This document shows, piece after piece, positions 19,747 to 29,017 of a DNA stretch of 55,945 nt. Every line of letters begins with the position of its first letter. Positions within the stretch are counted from its first letter, which is position 1. The stretch covers positions 1 through 55,945 of the forward strand of contig PDIP01000099.1 of assembly GCA_002811645.1 (NCBI GenBank). The letters run 5' to 3'. This stretch comes from Corallochytrium limacisporum Hawaii (Eukaryota > Protista > Pluriformea). Under the pieces are notes generated by a model. It was not told the origin of the DNA and did not search any database. It saw only the letters and a program-made list of their open reading frames with translations. A program made the translations under genes and the position numbers.

Positions 19747-20673
19747 CTACGATTCATCAATTTCCTCCAGGAACTCATTCACCGCCGACACAAACTGCTG
19801 CGGCCGTTCCGCATGGAGCCAGTGCCCGGCATCCAGGTATTTGAGCTCCATCTCTGGAAAGAGCTGCTTGATCTTGGGTTCCTTGTCCTTTGTGATGTAA
19901 TCGGCCTTGCTGCCACCCAGGAAGAGTGTGGGACCATCGTAGGTGGTGTCGATCTCCAGCCAGTCCGCAACGTGGGGTAAATTCTTCAGGATGGCTGGCA
20001 CATTCGAACGCCAATAAAATTGATCCGTCTCGTCGTCTTTGGCCAGGTTGGTCAGTAGAAACTGGGTGATGGTTTGGTTGGGTGTGACCGGATCAATCTG
20101 TTTCGCTATCTCGTTCCGTGATTTCACATTGAGATCGGCGGCCAGCATGGCCAGCATGTAGCCTTCCATTTCCCCGAAGTTTTGGTACTTTACCGGTGCA
20201 ACGTCGGCCACAATCAGTGCAGTAATGAGTTCCGGCCTGCGCAGGGCTAAATGCATGACAGTTTTGCCACCCATTGAATGCCCTAGGACGATCGCCCGCT
20301 TGTACGTTGAGTGACGCTCGATGAAGCTTGCAATGTCGTCCGCCATGGAATCGTAGCACATATGTTCACGGTGCGGTGATTCACCATGATTGCGCATATC
20401 TACGGCGTAAATGGCTCGCTTCGATCCACCGGGCTTCCGGGACATTGATTTGGAAAGGGACTTCCAGTTTGCACGGTTTCCCAGCATGCCATGGCAAATA
20501 ATCAACGGCACACCTTCCTCTTCGTAACTATCGATTTGGGCCTCTGTCAGGGTGAACTGAAGGTCAACCGAGCCTGTGGTTGTTGAATATGTCCGCGCTC
20601 CTTGACGTGCCACAGTCCGTCGTAATGATACCAGCGGAGGTCCCCGCATGCGAACTAGTCTCGTGCCGATCAT
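19747..20673 (-). CDS. ABHD11: Alpha/beta hydrolase ABHD11-like, probably mitochondrial
   Basis: HGMLG...NW, DMRNHGESP, nucleophile GHSMGGK, DVAP, AGHWLHAERP. Arg-rich N-terminus from the ATG at 20673. Confidence 0.9.
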   Translation of the reverse strand: MIGTRLVRMRGPPLVSLRRTVARQGARTYSTTTGSVDLQFTLTEAQIDSYEEEGVPLIICHGMLGNRANWKSLSKSMSRKPGGSKRAIYAVDMRNHGESPHREHMCYDSMADDIASFIERHSTYKRAIVLGHSMGGKTVMHLALRRPELITALIVADVAPVKYQNFGEMEGYMLAMLAADLNVKSRNEIAKQIDPVTPNQTITQFLLTNLAKDDETDQFYWRSNVPAILKNLPHVADWLEIDTTYDGPTLFLGGSKADYITKDKEPKIKQLFPEMELKYLDAGHWLHAERPQQFVSAVNEFLEEIDES

Positions 20674-20849
20674 GCTGCCTTTGCGCCAATCATACACACT
20701 CACAGGTTTTTAGAAAATCTATCTTCTTTAACGTTGTTTCATTGTTTTAGATATGATTCTGGGCATCCTGACAAAACTTGTTTTGCCAATGACTCAAGAG
20801 GGCTGTAACGTCCGACATTGAACTACCAGCAAATTGAGTGTATCACCGG

Positions 20850-20990
20850 ATGCGCGGGTCGTGTTTCTGCCCCGATCAAGTGAAATTTCCCAGGGCACGG
20901 GGCCGGTGGGGGAGGGTGGGGAGCCCCCTCCGGGGGGGGGGTCTGGCCTCTCAATCCCCCGCGACTTTCACGAGTCCCTGTACCGCGCCG
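20850..20990. promoter_or_regulatory. Small GC/G-tract island, probable ABHD11 promoter, overlapping the stop of the upstream gene
   Basis: G-runs and a C5TC2G10 motif about 250 bp upstream of the ABHD11 ATG. Confidence 0.4.
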
Positions 20991-22768
20991 ATGGTCTCCT
21001 TGGACAGCATACCATCAGCTCTTACAGCTTTGAGGGTCTCTAATAGAGCGTTGCGGCGCCGCTGAAGCTCAGCGTCGTCTTTTTGGGGGGCGGTGCGGGC
21101 CCAATTATCTTGGGTCCATTCCACCAGAGCATTAAGGACGGCGGATGTAGCATCAGTATCAACTTTTTGATTTGTCGCATGAACAGCAATCAGCTGAGCA
21201 AGCTGTAGGGGAAACACTGCACCTCGCCTGGTCTCATCGCGCAGGGCTACAGTGGCAAAAGCCTCAATGATGCAGCGTCCGTGCCACGTTGCATTCGGGA
21301 TTCTTGCGGTGGCGAGGAGGGCATCCAAGAGATGTTCAGTGTCTACATGCGCCGATTGCATGGTTGCTACGATGCTGGCCCCTGACACATCAAAGCGCAT
21401 AATAGCCTGCAAGCCTCCGGATAAATCCATGGCCTCGGATTGCCAGTCGATACCAGCTAGTGACGGGTGTAGGTGACTGCCTGTTTCCAGCCAGTCCTGG
21501 ATAGCGTCAATCACAAGGGCCTGGCCTAGGCGAATGATATACCATGGGCAGGGTTTCACAGACAAGCCGTTTGGCACTAGAAGGCAGCACAGGACTTCTG
21601 CCACCTGTTTGAGAAATGCTCGAACTCTGCGGGACTCCATGCCCTCACAAAAGGACTCTGTCAACCCAAACACGAAAGATCCAGTTTGCTCCTCTCCGGA
21701 AATCAAAGGAACCATTTTGATTAATGTCCGCCGGCGTGTTCGTTCCTGTTCTCGTTCTACTGGATTGCTTGTTTTGCCAGTCAGGCATGAACACAAGTCC
21801 TGCATGATAATGCGACCGATAAGAGTGAGCAGATGGGATCGCATGCCTTGAATAAAGTCCCTCGTCATGCCAACCCCAGGTTGCACCCGATGGCAGCACA
21901 AGATTGAGGACAGGAGTGAGAAGCCACAATCAATGTCAGCCCAGGACTGCATTGTCATCTTTGGACAGACTTCAAACATGATCAGAGCACGGATATCAAA
22001 TGTCAACGCCAGACTCGCCATGCGCTCCAGCCTGCTGTTTATGTTGTCAAGATCCTTCTTCGTGCTATCACTCACGCAATCCTTGTACACCTCTAGGAAG
22101 CCAAATTCAAAGAGCGATAACCCTCTATCTGGCTGTGGTCTGGTCTGCAGCAGGGAGCCTAGGTGTTTAGCAATCACTTCAAATGTCAAACTCCGCTGCA
22201 CCCTCAATGGGTTCGGGTCGCGATCCACACACAGGATGGGAGCGACCAATGTTTTCTGGGCGATGCTGTTGACAATTTCGTACACCACCATCTCTGGTAC
22301 TTGGCACAGTAGTATTGCCATGTTTACAAGCTCCGGTGTCTCTGGATCATCGTCAATCAATGATTTCCTTTGCCATTCCACGAACTCACCAGTGTCTGTG
22401 TGCCCAGTCGTAGCCATTCGTGAGAATATTGATCGCAAGCAGCGTATCTGAGACACACTGCCATGCCTGGGCACCCAACCATGCCGCTGTGTTAAGGAAA
22501 TCTTGCACGCATCGTATGCATACGTACGCACAAACTTGCTGGAGACCAGTTGGTCTCCGGCTTCCCCGAGATCGACAGTTTCCAGGTACCTTGCGAGCTC
22601 GATAAGATCTTCCCCTGGGCTGTCTTCAGTCTCGGGTAGGGTTTGTCCAGGTTCGAAAGCTATGGAAGGATCCGCACTCCGGGCTGTAGCATAACGCTCT
22701 GCTAACTCTCTCCGTCGCTGGTCCAGTCCAGACAGCTTCTCGTGCATTGGTTGCCCGGTCAATTTCAT
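20951..22768 (-). CDS. Hypothetical protein, 605 aa, Leu-rich and probably alpha-helical
   Basis: Long ATG-initiated ORF with ordinary protein composition, downstream of a GC island shared with OCRL. No family recognised. Confidence 0.8.
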   Translation of the reverse strand: MKLTGQPMHEKLSGLDQRRRELAERYATARSADPSIAFEPGQTLPETEDSPGEDLIELARYLETVDLGEAGDQLVSSKFVRTYAYDACKISLTQRHGWVPRHGSVSQIRCLRSIFSRMATTGHTDTGEFVEWQRKSLIDDDPETPELVNMAILLCQVPEMVVYEIVNSIAQKTLVAPILCVDRDPNPLRVQRSLTFEVIAKHLGSLLQTRPQPDRGLSLFEFGFLEVYKDCVSDSTKKDLDNINSRLERMASLALTFDIRALIMFEVCPKMTMQSWADIDCGFSLLSSILCCHRVQPGVGMTRDFIQGMRSHLLTLIGRIIMQDLCSCLTGKTSNPVEREQERTRRRTLIKMVPLISGEEQTGSFVFGLTESFCEGMESRRVRAFLKQVAEVLCCLLVPNGLSVKPCPWYIIRLGQALVIDAIQDWLETGSHLHPSLAGIDWQSEAMDLSGGLQAIMRFDVSGASIVATMQSAHVDTEHLLDALLATARIPNATWHGRCIIEAFATVALRDETRRGAVFPLQLAQLIAVHATNQKVDTDATSAVLNALVEWTQDNWARTAPQKDDAELQRRRNALLETLKAVRADGMLSKETIGAVQGLVKVAGD

Positions 22769-22919
22769 TGCGTCTATCTATGCCCGATCCGGGCTCAATT
22801 CTCCTTCTCTATCATCTGGTCACCTACGTACGTCTCTTCTTTTACAACTCTGCAGTTGTGGTCCCACTGAATCACGGTCTGCATCGGAAATACCAGAAGG
22901 GTCAGAGCTGAAGCTGAGT

Positions 22920-23085
22920 GCCGTGCGTATTTGCGCCACGGGGGAAGGGCGAGTGGAGATTCACGGAATGGCCAAGGCCCCCTCGCCCGGGCGCGCCTCG
23001 CCCCCCATTCGACCAGGAAGAGTCCACCCGCGTCCGGACGGCCCCCCTTTTGGAGATTCCAATCCGTGTGCCGTGCTAGGCACCG
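22920..23085. promoter_or_regulatory. GC island, probable bidirectional promoter
   Basis: CpG- and C-tract-rich segment between the divergent ATGs at 22768 and 23402. Confidence 0.45.
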
Positions 23086-23401
23086 TATTCCGTTTTCTAA
23101 CAGTGCGCTAATTGCGGACGATGATCCACTGCTTTGAGCATTTCTATTAAGCGCATTGTACGTATTCGTGAGCACTGAGTCGCAGGTGACGAACCATTGG
23201 GTCCGGGACCGCTTACAGCTCATTAAGGTAGACTGCTGTAAGATCGTTCGAAATGCCGGCTGACAATACAAGATACTTAACAACTACGCTTGGGGGCGCA
23301 AACAGTCGGACTACAAAGTATAGATGATGACTTTTGTTTGCACAAAATGTAATACATCATGGGATACGTTGGGACTTAGGTAGACAACATCAACCACCAC
23401 C

Positions 23402-26029
23402 ATGCCGGAACTGCAGAAATTGCCTGTCATGCTCCTAGGAGCTGGTGTCGAACAAAGTGTGTTATTAGTCATTGAAGGCGCACCGCTCGGATCCGAGGAC
23501 TCACGGCGACTGGACTTGTATAATGTACCTCCTACAGGGAAGGACACGGAACGGTCAATGATTCTATCCACAGGCATCACCAAGACTGCCCCGAAGGCAT
23601 CCATGGTGAAAGGTGGACAGCATGATGGTTCCGTCGTCCGATTGGCAGTCACAGAGGAAGGAAACGAATTTGATGAGGACGACACGGACGACTTTCTCAA
23701 TCTTAGATTTGTCGGAGGTGAGAAGGAAGCAAAACAGTTCTTGGATCTTTTGGAGGAGTGTCGCAAGTTTGCCAGTCAAGAGGAGTCAACGAAAGGCGGT
23801 GGGGCTCTCTTCATGGACTCTGCCGTGCTGGACGAGGCTCCGAAAGTGTCCTTAGAAAGCAGTAGTGCCATCACTGAGACAGACCGAAGCGCGGTTGATG
23901 ACGAGAGTCGAATTTTCCGCACCGACTTTATGCGCCTGAGTTCCAGTCACTACGATCCAAGCAAGTTTAATAGCCTAAAGGAGGAATGGATTCTTAGGAA
24001 GATGAAGCAGAGACGGCTTGATTACTGTACTACGTTGCCCGTGCGAGTGCTGTGTGGCACCTTCAATGTGGGTTTGCAACCGGCTATGGAGGCTGTGGAC
24101 ATATGGTTGCAGGAAAGCCCACCACCGGAAATCATTGTCGTGGGATTCCAGGAGGTAGACCTGAGCGCCGAGACCCTGTACAGCTTCGAGGACACTAGGG
24201 GTGCCATTGCGTGGCGGGAGGTGGTGGAGGAGGCTCTGGATCGCTACGAGAACACGTCATACTACTGTGTGGCCACCCGACAACTGATTGGCGTATATCT
24301 AGTCGTCTACGTCAAGACCAGTCTGCGCAATGCGGTGTCACGGGTTTCCGGTACATACGTCAAGTGCGGTGCCCTCGGTGGCAGGGTTGGCAACAAGGGA
24401 TGCTGTGCCATTCGCATGAAGGTCTTTGACTCATCTTTCCTCTTCATCAATGCGCACTTCGTTCACCAGCATGGTGCAGTGGAAAGACGGAATGCAAACT
24501 TTGACACCATAAGAACGGATCTTGAGGCACGTTGGGGTCAGAAGATCTATGAATATGATCACGTCATATGGATGGGTGACTTTAACTATCGAGTCGATTT
24601 GGAGAATGCTACAGTCCGTCAGCACATCATGGACACCAACATTGAGACTCTGCTCAAGCATGATCAACTGACGCGGGAGCGCAAGGCAGGCCGGACTTTC
24701 AACGGCTTTGCCGAGGGTCCCATTGATTTCTTGCCAACCTACAAGTTCGATCTCAAGACCAACACCTATGACACCAGCGAAAAGATGAGGGTTCCCGGCT
24801 ACACTGACCGCATTCTTTGGATGGGAGTCAATATGAAGCAGGAGCGCTATGAGGCCCACTTTGACCTCCTTATCAGTGACCACAAGCCAGTCAGTTCTGT
24901 ATTCTTCGTGAAAGCGTATGAGGAGGTGCCGACTGAAAAGAAGGAGGTCCTCACAGAACTGATAAAGGAAATGGACCGCATGGAGAATGACTTGATCCCA
25001 GATGTCACGTTGGAGACCAATATGCTAGACTTTGGTACCGTTCAGTACGGTACCAGGCTACGTAAGATAGTAAAGGTTACCAACACAGGAGAGGTTATGA
25101 CACAGTTCCGCTTCATTCCCAAGTTGGATCAGCCCAACATTTGCGAACGTTGGTTGTCCATGGCGCCGACTCAGGGAATCCTTGACGTCGGCGAATCCGT
25201 TGAATTAGCCTTCGAACTGCACATTGATAACGAGGAGGCGCGCACTTTGAGTCACAATTCATACTCTCTCCAGGGAAATCCAGTTGACTTGCAGGACATT
25301 GTGATCCTGCATCTGGAGAATGGCAAGGACTACTTCATCGTCGCCACGGCCCAGTACACCCCAACCTGTTTCGGTGCAGCTCTTACAGATCTGGTGCGTA
25401 TCCACGAACCCATCCGTGACGGGAAGGGTATCGATGAAGAGGCTGAGCCCCTTGTAGTGCCCAAGGAGCTCAAGAACATGGCCCGTGCGTTGCTCACTCC
25501 GCCCCTACCGGAGCCCACGGCGTTTCTGCAGACTGCCCTGGTGGAGAACGTACAAATGATCCGTCATACTCTCGACCGCAACGAAGACCTTGCTGAGCTC
25601 GAGGCTCCCCACTCAGCGTTGGCCGAGGCCTTTGTGTTCTTCCTTGCCAGTCTGAAGGTGCCCTTGGTGCCCTTCAACCAGCAGGATGCGCTGCTGGTCA
25701 ACCCGGGAGATCCGAAACAGGTGTTGGAGCTGATGCAGAAGCTGCCTGCGCCGCACGCGAAATCCGTAGAGCTCGTGGTCGGTGTCTTTGTCAAGATCAT
25801 CCGCAGTGCTCAGCACGGGATGTTGTTGACCGCTCTGGCATCGATGCTCGCACACATTATCATCCGACCGCCTGCACTGCGCAAGGAACAGCATCGTTTG
25901 GCGCAGAAGGAACGGCGAAGGGCCAGCACGACCGCTGCAGTGGGAAAGGGCATCAGAGTCACGCTCATGGAGACGCTATTGGGTAACATGGAGGCGGTAG
26001 AGCTGGAGCACTTGGACACAAAATTCTAG
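23402..26029 (+). CDS. OCRL: Inositol polyphosphate 5-phosphatase, OCRL/INPP5B type (PH-like, 5-phosphatase, ASH, RhoGAP-like), 875 aa
   Basis: GTFNV, GFQEVD, GNKG, WMGDFNYR, FLPTYKFD, PGYTDRILW, SDHKPV, then MENDLIP, F.FIPKL and DIVILHLENGKDYFI (ASH) and a degenerate RhoGAP-like tail. OCRL and INPP5B cannot be distinguished. Confidence 0.93.
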   Translation: MPELQKLPVMLLGAGVEQSVLLVIEGAPLGSEDSRRLDLYNVPPTGKDTERSMILSTGITKTAPKASMVKGGQHDGSVVRLAVTEEGNEFDEDDTDDFLNLRFVGGEKEAKQFLDLLEECRKFASQEESTKGGGALFMDSAVLDEAPKVSLESSSAITETDRSAVDDESRIFRTDFMRLSSSHYDPSKFNSLKEEWILRKMKQRRLDYCTTLPVRVLCGTFNVGLQPAMEAVDIWLQESPPPEIIVVGFQEVDLSAETLYSFEDTRGAIAWREVVEEALDRYENTSYYCVATRQLIGVYLVVYVKTSLRNAVSRVSGTYVKCGALGGRVGNKGCCAIRMKVFDSSFLFINAHFVHQHGAVERRNANFDTIRTDLEARWGQKIYEYDHVIWMGDFNYRVDLENATVRQHIMDTNIETLLKHDQLTRERKAGRTFNGFAEGPIDFLPTYKFDLKTNTYDTSEKMRVPGYTDRILWMGVNMKQERYEAHFDLLISDHKPVSSVFFVKAYEEVPTEKKEVLTELIKEMDRMENDLIPDVTLETNMLDFGTVQYGTRLRKIVKVTNTGEVMTQFRFIPKLDQPNICERWLSMAPTQGILDVGESVELAFELHIDNEEARTLSHNSYSLQGNPVDLQDIVILHLENGKDYFIVATAQYTPTCFGAALTDLVRIHEPIRDGKGIDEEAEPLVVPKELKNMARALLTPPLPEPTAFLQTALVENVQMIRHTLDRNEDLAELEAPHSALAEAFVFFLASLKVPLVPFNQQDALLVNPGDPKQVLELMQKLPAPHAKSVELVVGVFVKIIRSAQHGMLLTALASMLAHIIIRPPALRKEQHRLAQKERRRASTTAAVGKGIRVTLMETLLGNMEAVELEHLDTKF

Positions 26030-26230
26030 AAAGAGGCAGAACGATATACTGATTCCTCGATGACAGTCTATGCTACGTCCCGTTGTTAGTGCAATTGACT
26101 GCTTGGCGAGTCTGTAAGGTGTAAGACTGGTCTTAGTGTATTACATTTCGATGTATTATATCCATTTGATCCCGATAGTTTCGGATCGGAAATTTACTAT
26201 CCTTTATTTATATTGCACTGTACACGTGTT

Positions 26231-26416
26231 TCAGTGGTGCTCTCCATGCCCGTGGTGGTCGTCATGACCGCTAAATTGGTCCAGGGCAGCGGCGACCACA
26301 AAGATACCGAAACCAATACCAATGCCAGGGGCCACTTTCCGGAGGTTGTTTGACAGACTAATGCCAGATGCGTACCGCCACGCCTCATTGCGGGCCCAGG
26401 GATCTTTCCGTACCAT
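26231..26416 (-). CDS. NDUFB3: NADH dehydrogenase complex I accessory subunit B12 (61 aa)
   Basis: KDPWARNEAWRY signature, one TM helix (APGIGIGFGIFVVAAAL) and a His-rich tail. ATG at 26416. Confidence 0.92.
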   Translation of the reverse strand: MVRKDPWARNEAWRYASGISLSNNLRKVAPGIGIGFGIFVVAAALDQFSGHDDHHGHGEHH

Positions 26417-26689
26417 GTTGCCCAAGTTCTTTGAGATTATATCAACTAGACGCACGATCTGATCCAAACCAAATGGTACTTTAACTGTCCGAACTCTTTC
26501 GGCGCAAACTGGTAAACAAACATCTTATACGTATAATGGCAGTGCTTTCTGTACCTGGACACTCAAGAGTATAGTGTTTCCATAAATCGCAGGTGTTTTG
26601 CCCTTTATCTGTCATCCATCCAATCCCTACAAGCTCCAACAACACTCAGAAATCAAGGTCGATGGCTCCTACGCAAAACCCGTTACAGC

Positions 26690-27890
26690 GTCACGCCCTC
26701 GCATACACACACAACTTGCCGGGAGGCCCCCCCCCGAGGGGTTTCAGCCACGTTCAAAGGCCTTGCTGCCCGGAACACAACCCCGAGGTCCCCCCCCCCT
26801 CCCACCACCACCACGGGGTAAGCAAGGGGTCCAGGGATCGTCGCTCCCCTTTGCCCTCGCCTCCCCTGCTCTTGCACCCTCCCTCCCCCAGAGGAACAGC
26901 AGCAAACCCAGCGACACCAACTTTTCATCCGGGGAAACGAAGGGGAAGCAAAGGAAGGAAAAAAGAGTGGTAGTTGTTGGCAGGCCGCCCCCCCCCCCTC
27001 GCCCCCAACTCGGTGTTAGTGTCCCCCTCCCGCACGGGACGTGTGTGTCGCGACCGCGGGCTGGGGAACTGTGGCAGTGGGCCCGTGTTTGGTGTCCTCC
27101 TCCTCTGCGCGTGTGTATTGAATACAGAGCCCGCCAGAACTGGCAACCCGGAGGTAAACGTCGGTTTGGTTGGTTCAAGACTGGGGCCAAATTTTTGTCA
27201 TAGTGGCCCGTCCTGAGAAGGAAGTTTATGGAGTAACCTCGTTGCCAAAAAAGCAAATAAAAGAGCTGGGCATCGTTAGATTAGGAGCGGTGGAGAAGGC
27301 CTCCCCAGCGGTGTGTGTGTATGTGTGTGTGAGTGTCGACGGCGTTCAGACCCCGCACCAGGGCTGGCTGCACACTGGCGCCTTTCGTTCTCCCACTTTC
27401 GCTTTGTCCCCCCCCCCTCTCTCTCTCTCTCTGTGTGTTCATTTTCTTCTTCCTCTTCACCCCTCCTTCCCCCCATTTTTTTTTTGTTTCTTTGTTTTCT
27501 CTCTCTCTGTGCCACACACTTCTTCGGCCCTGCTCCGTCTTTTTTATCGCCACGCCGCGTCCGGGTTTGCGGATAAAAAGTGGGACGGCCACAAAACCCC
27601 AACGGCCGGCTCGTCCCCGCGGCGGAGGAGGAGGGAATGGGGGGGGGGAGGAGGAGGAAAAGGGGGAGGGGGCCGACTAGGCCTGGGGGAGGCAGGGCCA
27701 GAGCGCAGGGCGCACACATACGCGCATACACCTGCGCGGCTCATCACGGAGTGGGAACAAGAATGGAACAAAGGGAAGGGAAGAGGGGGGTGTGAAGGAG
27801 GGGAGGGGGGGAGGAATTTCTGCGGGGAAGGAGCGCGGACAGTGCCGCAGGGAACGAGGAGACCCGGGACGGCTGCGCTGCCAACGTGAA
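26690..27890. promoter_or_regulatory. GC-rich bidirectional promoter region (NDUFB3 / ING)
   Basis: C-tracts dominate the left part and G-tracts the right part. CT and GT microsatellites. Lies between divergent genes. Confidence 0.5.
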
Positions 27891-28159
27891 GGAAAAGGAT
27901 AACAATGCAGGCACGGAGTCCCAAACTGAAACCAGCGCACCAAAGGTACTTGTTACAATAATTCTCAGATTTTTGAATCCATGAGGGTCACTGGACCGAA
28001 CACAACAGGAAAAAGCAACAATATTTATTGGAACTGTGCGAGAAGAGGATCTGAGCCGATGGGCAGAATGTAAATCACCGAAAAAGCTCTTTGTAAAGCA
28101 GGATATTCGGTAACGTAAGGAGCATTCATAGATAAGCTGCACAGATAGCAACCATAACA

Positions 28160-29017
28160 ATGGCCACGTCAGACAAAATGGCCGGTACCTACGTGGAAAG
28201 GTACATTGACACTGTCAATGGCCTACCGGCACAGTTGTACAGGTCAATGACAGACTTCCGTACGGCTTCAGGCAACGCTCAGGCATGTTACAATTTGCTG
28301 GAGAAGCTCGGAGCGATGGATCCTAGTGAGACTTCAGAGGACGACATTTACATGATGTCCTTGAACCTTCGGGAGCGTCTGAACGAAATTCTTATGCTTG
28401 CCGAGGAAAAAGTATTCCTGGCTCAGGGCATTGAGGATCAGATTGACCGGAATATTAAGCGTCTTGACCTGGATCTCAAGAAATACGAGCAGCAGGTGAT
28501 AGATGAGCGCACTGGAGAGGCACAGAAGAAAGAAAGTGCCAAGTCGGGCAAGAAAAAAGACTTGGAGAAGAAGAAGGCCGCATCCAAAGCCAAGGCTGAG
28601 CGGGCGGCAATGGAGGCCGCAGTGAGTGCTAAGGAAAAGAAGAAGAATAAGGCCAAGGCAAAGAAAGAGAATGAAAAGAAGGCTAAGGCAAATTCCAAGG
28701 CTTCTGCGAAGGCCTCCAAGTCAAAGTCCAACAAGAAAGAGACCAACAGCAAGAGCACTCCCAAGAAGAAGGCCAAGTCGGCGGCTAAGGATAAGAAGTC
28801 AAGGGCACCACCCAAATCCAATGAAAACGGAGATGACGATCCCGACAAGTTCTGCATTTGTGGTGGTCCTTCCTACGGCGAGATGATTGGTTGTGACAAC
28901 GACGATTGTGAGATTGAATGGTTCCACTTTGGCTGTGTTGGTCTCAAGACGAAGCCCAAGGGTGACTGGTACTGCCCAGCCTGCCGCAAGAAGCGTGCAA
29001 AGGAAGGCAAGAAATAA
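28160..29017 (+). CDS. Inhibitor-of-growth (ING) family PHD-finger protein, ING4/5-like, 285 aa
   Basis: N-terminal ING domain ([13 protein letters not shown]; EKVFLA...[11 protein letters not shown]), Lys-rich linker, PHD FCIC...[22 protein letters not shown]...PKG.WYCP.C. Confidence 0.95.
   Translation: MATSDKMAGTYVERYIDTVNGLPAQLYRSMTDFRTASGNAQACYNLLEKLGAMDPSETSEDDIYMMSLNLRERLNEILMLAEEKVFLAQGIEDQIDRNIKRLDLDLKKYEQQVIDERTGEAQKKESAKSGKKKDLEKKKAASKAKAERAAMEAAVSAKEKKKNKAKAKKENEKKAKANSKASAKASKSKSNKKETNSKSTPKKKAKSAAKDKKSRAPPKSNENGDDDPDKFCICGGPSYGEMIGCDNDDCEIEWFHFGCVGLKTKPKGDWYCPACRKKRAKEGKK

Noticed and set aside
26593-27943. Many 100-240 aa ORFs in GC islands (also 15500-18030 and 33388-34303)
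   Set aside because: Low-complexity G/C tracts and microsatellites are stop-poor, and the translations are poly-Pro/Gly or VCVC-type repeats.
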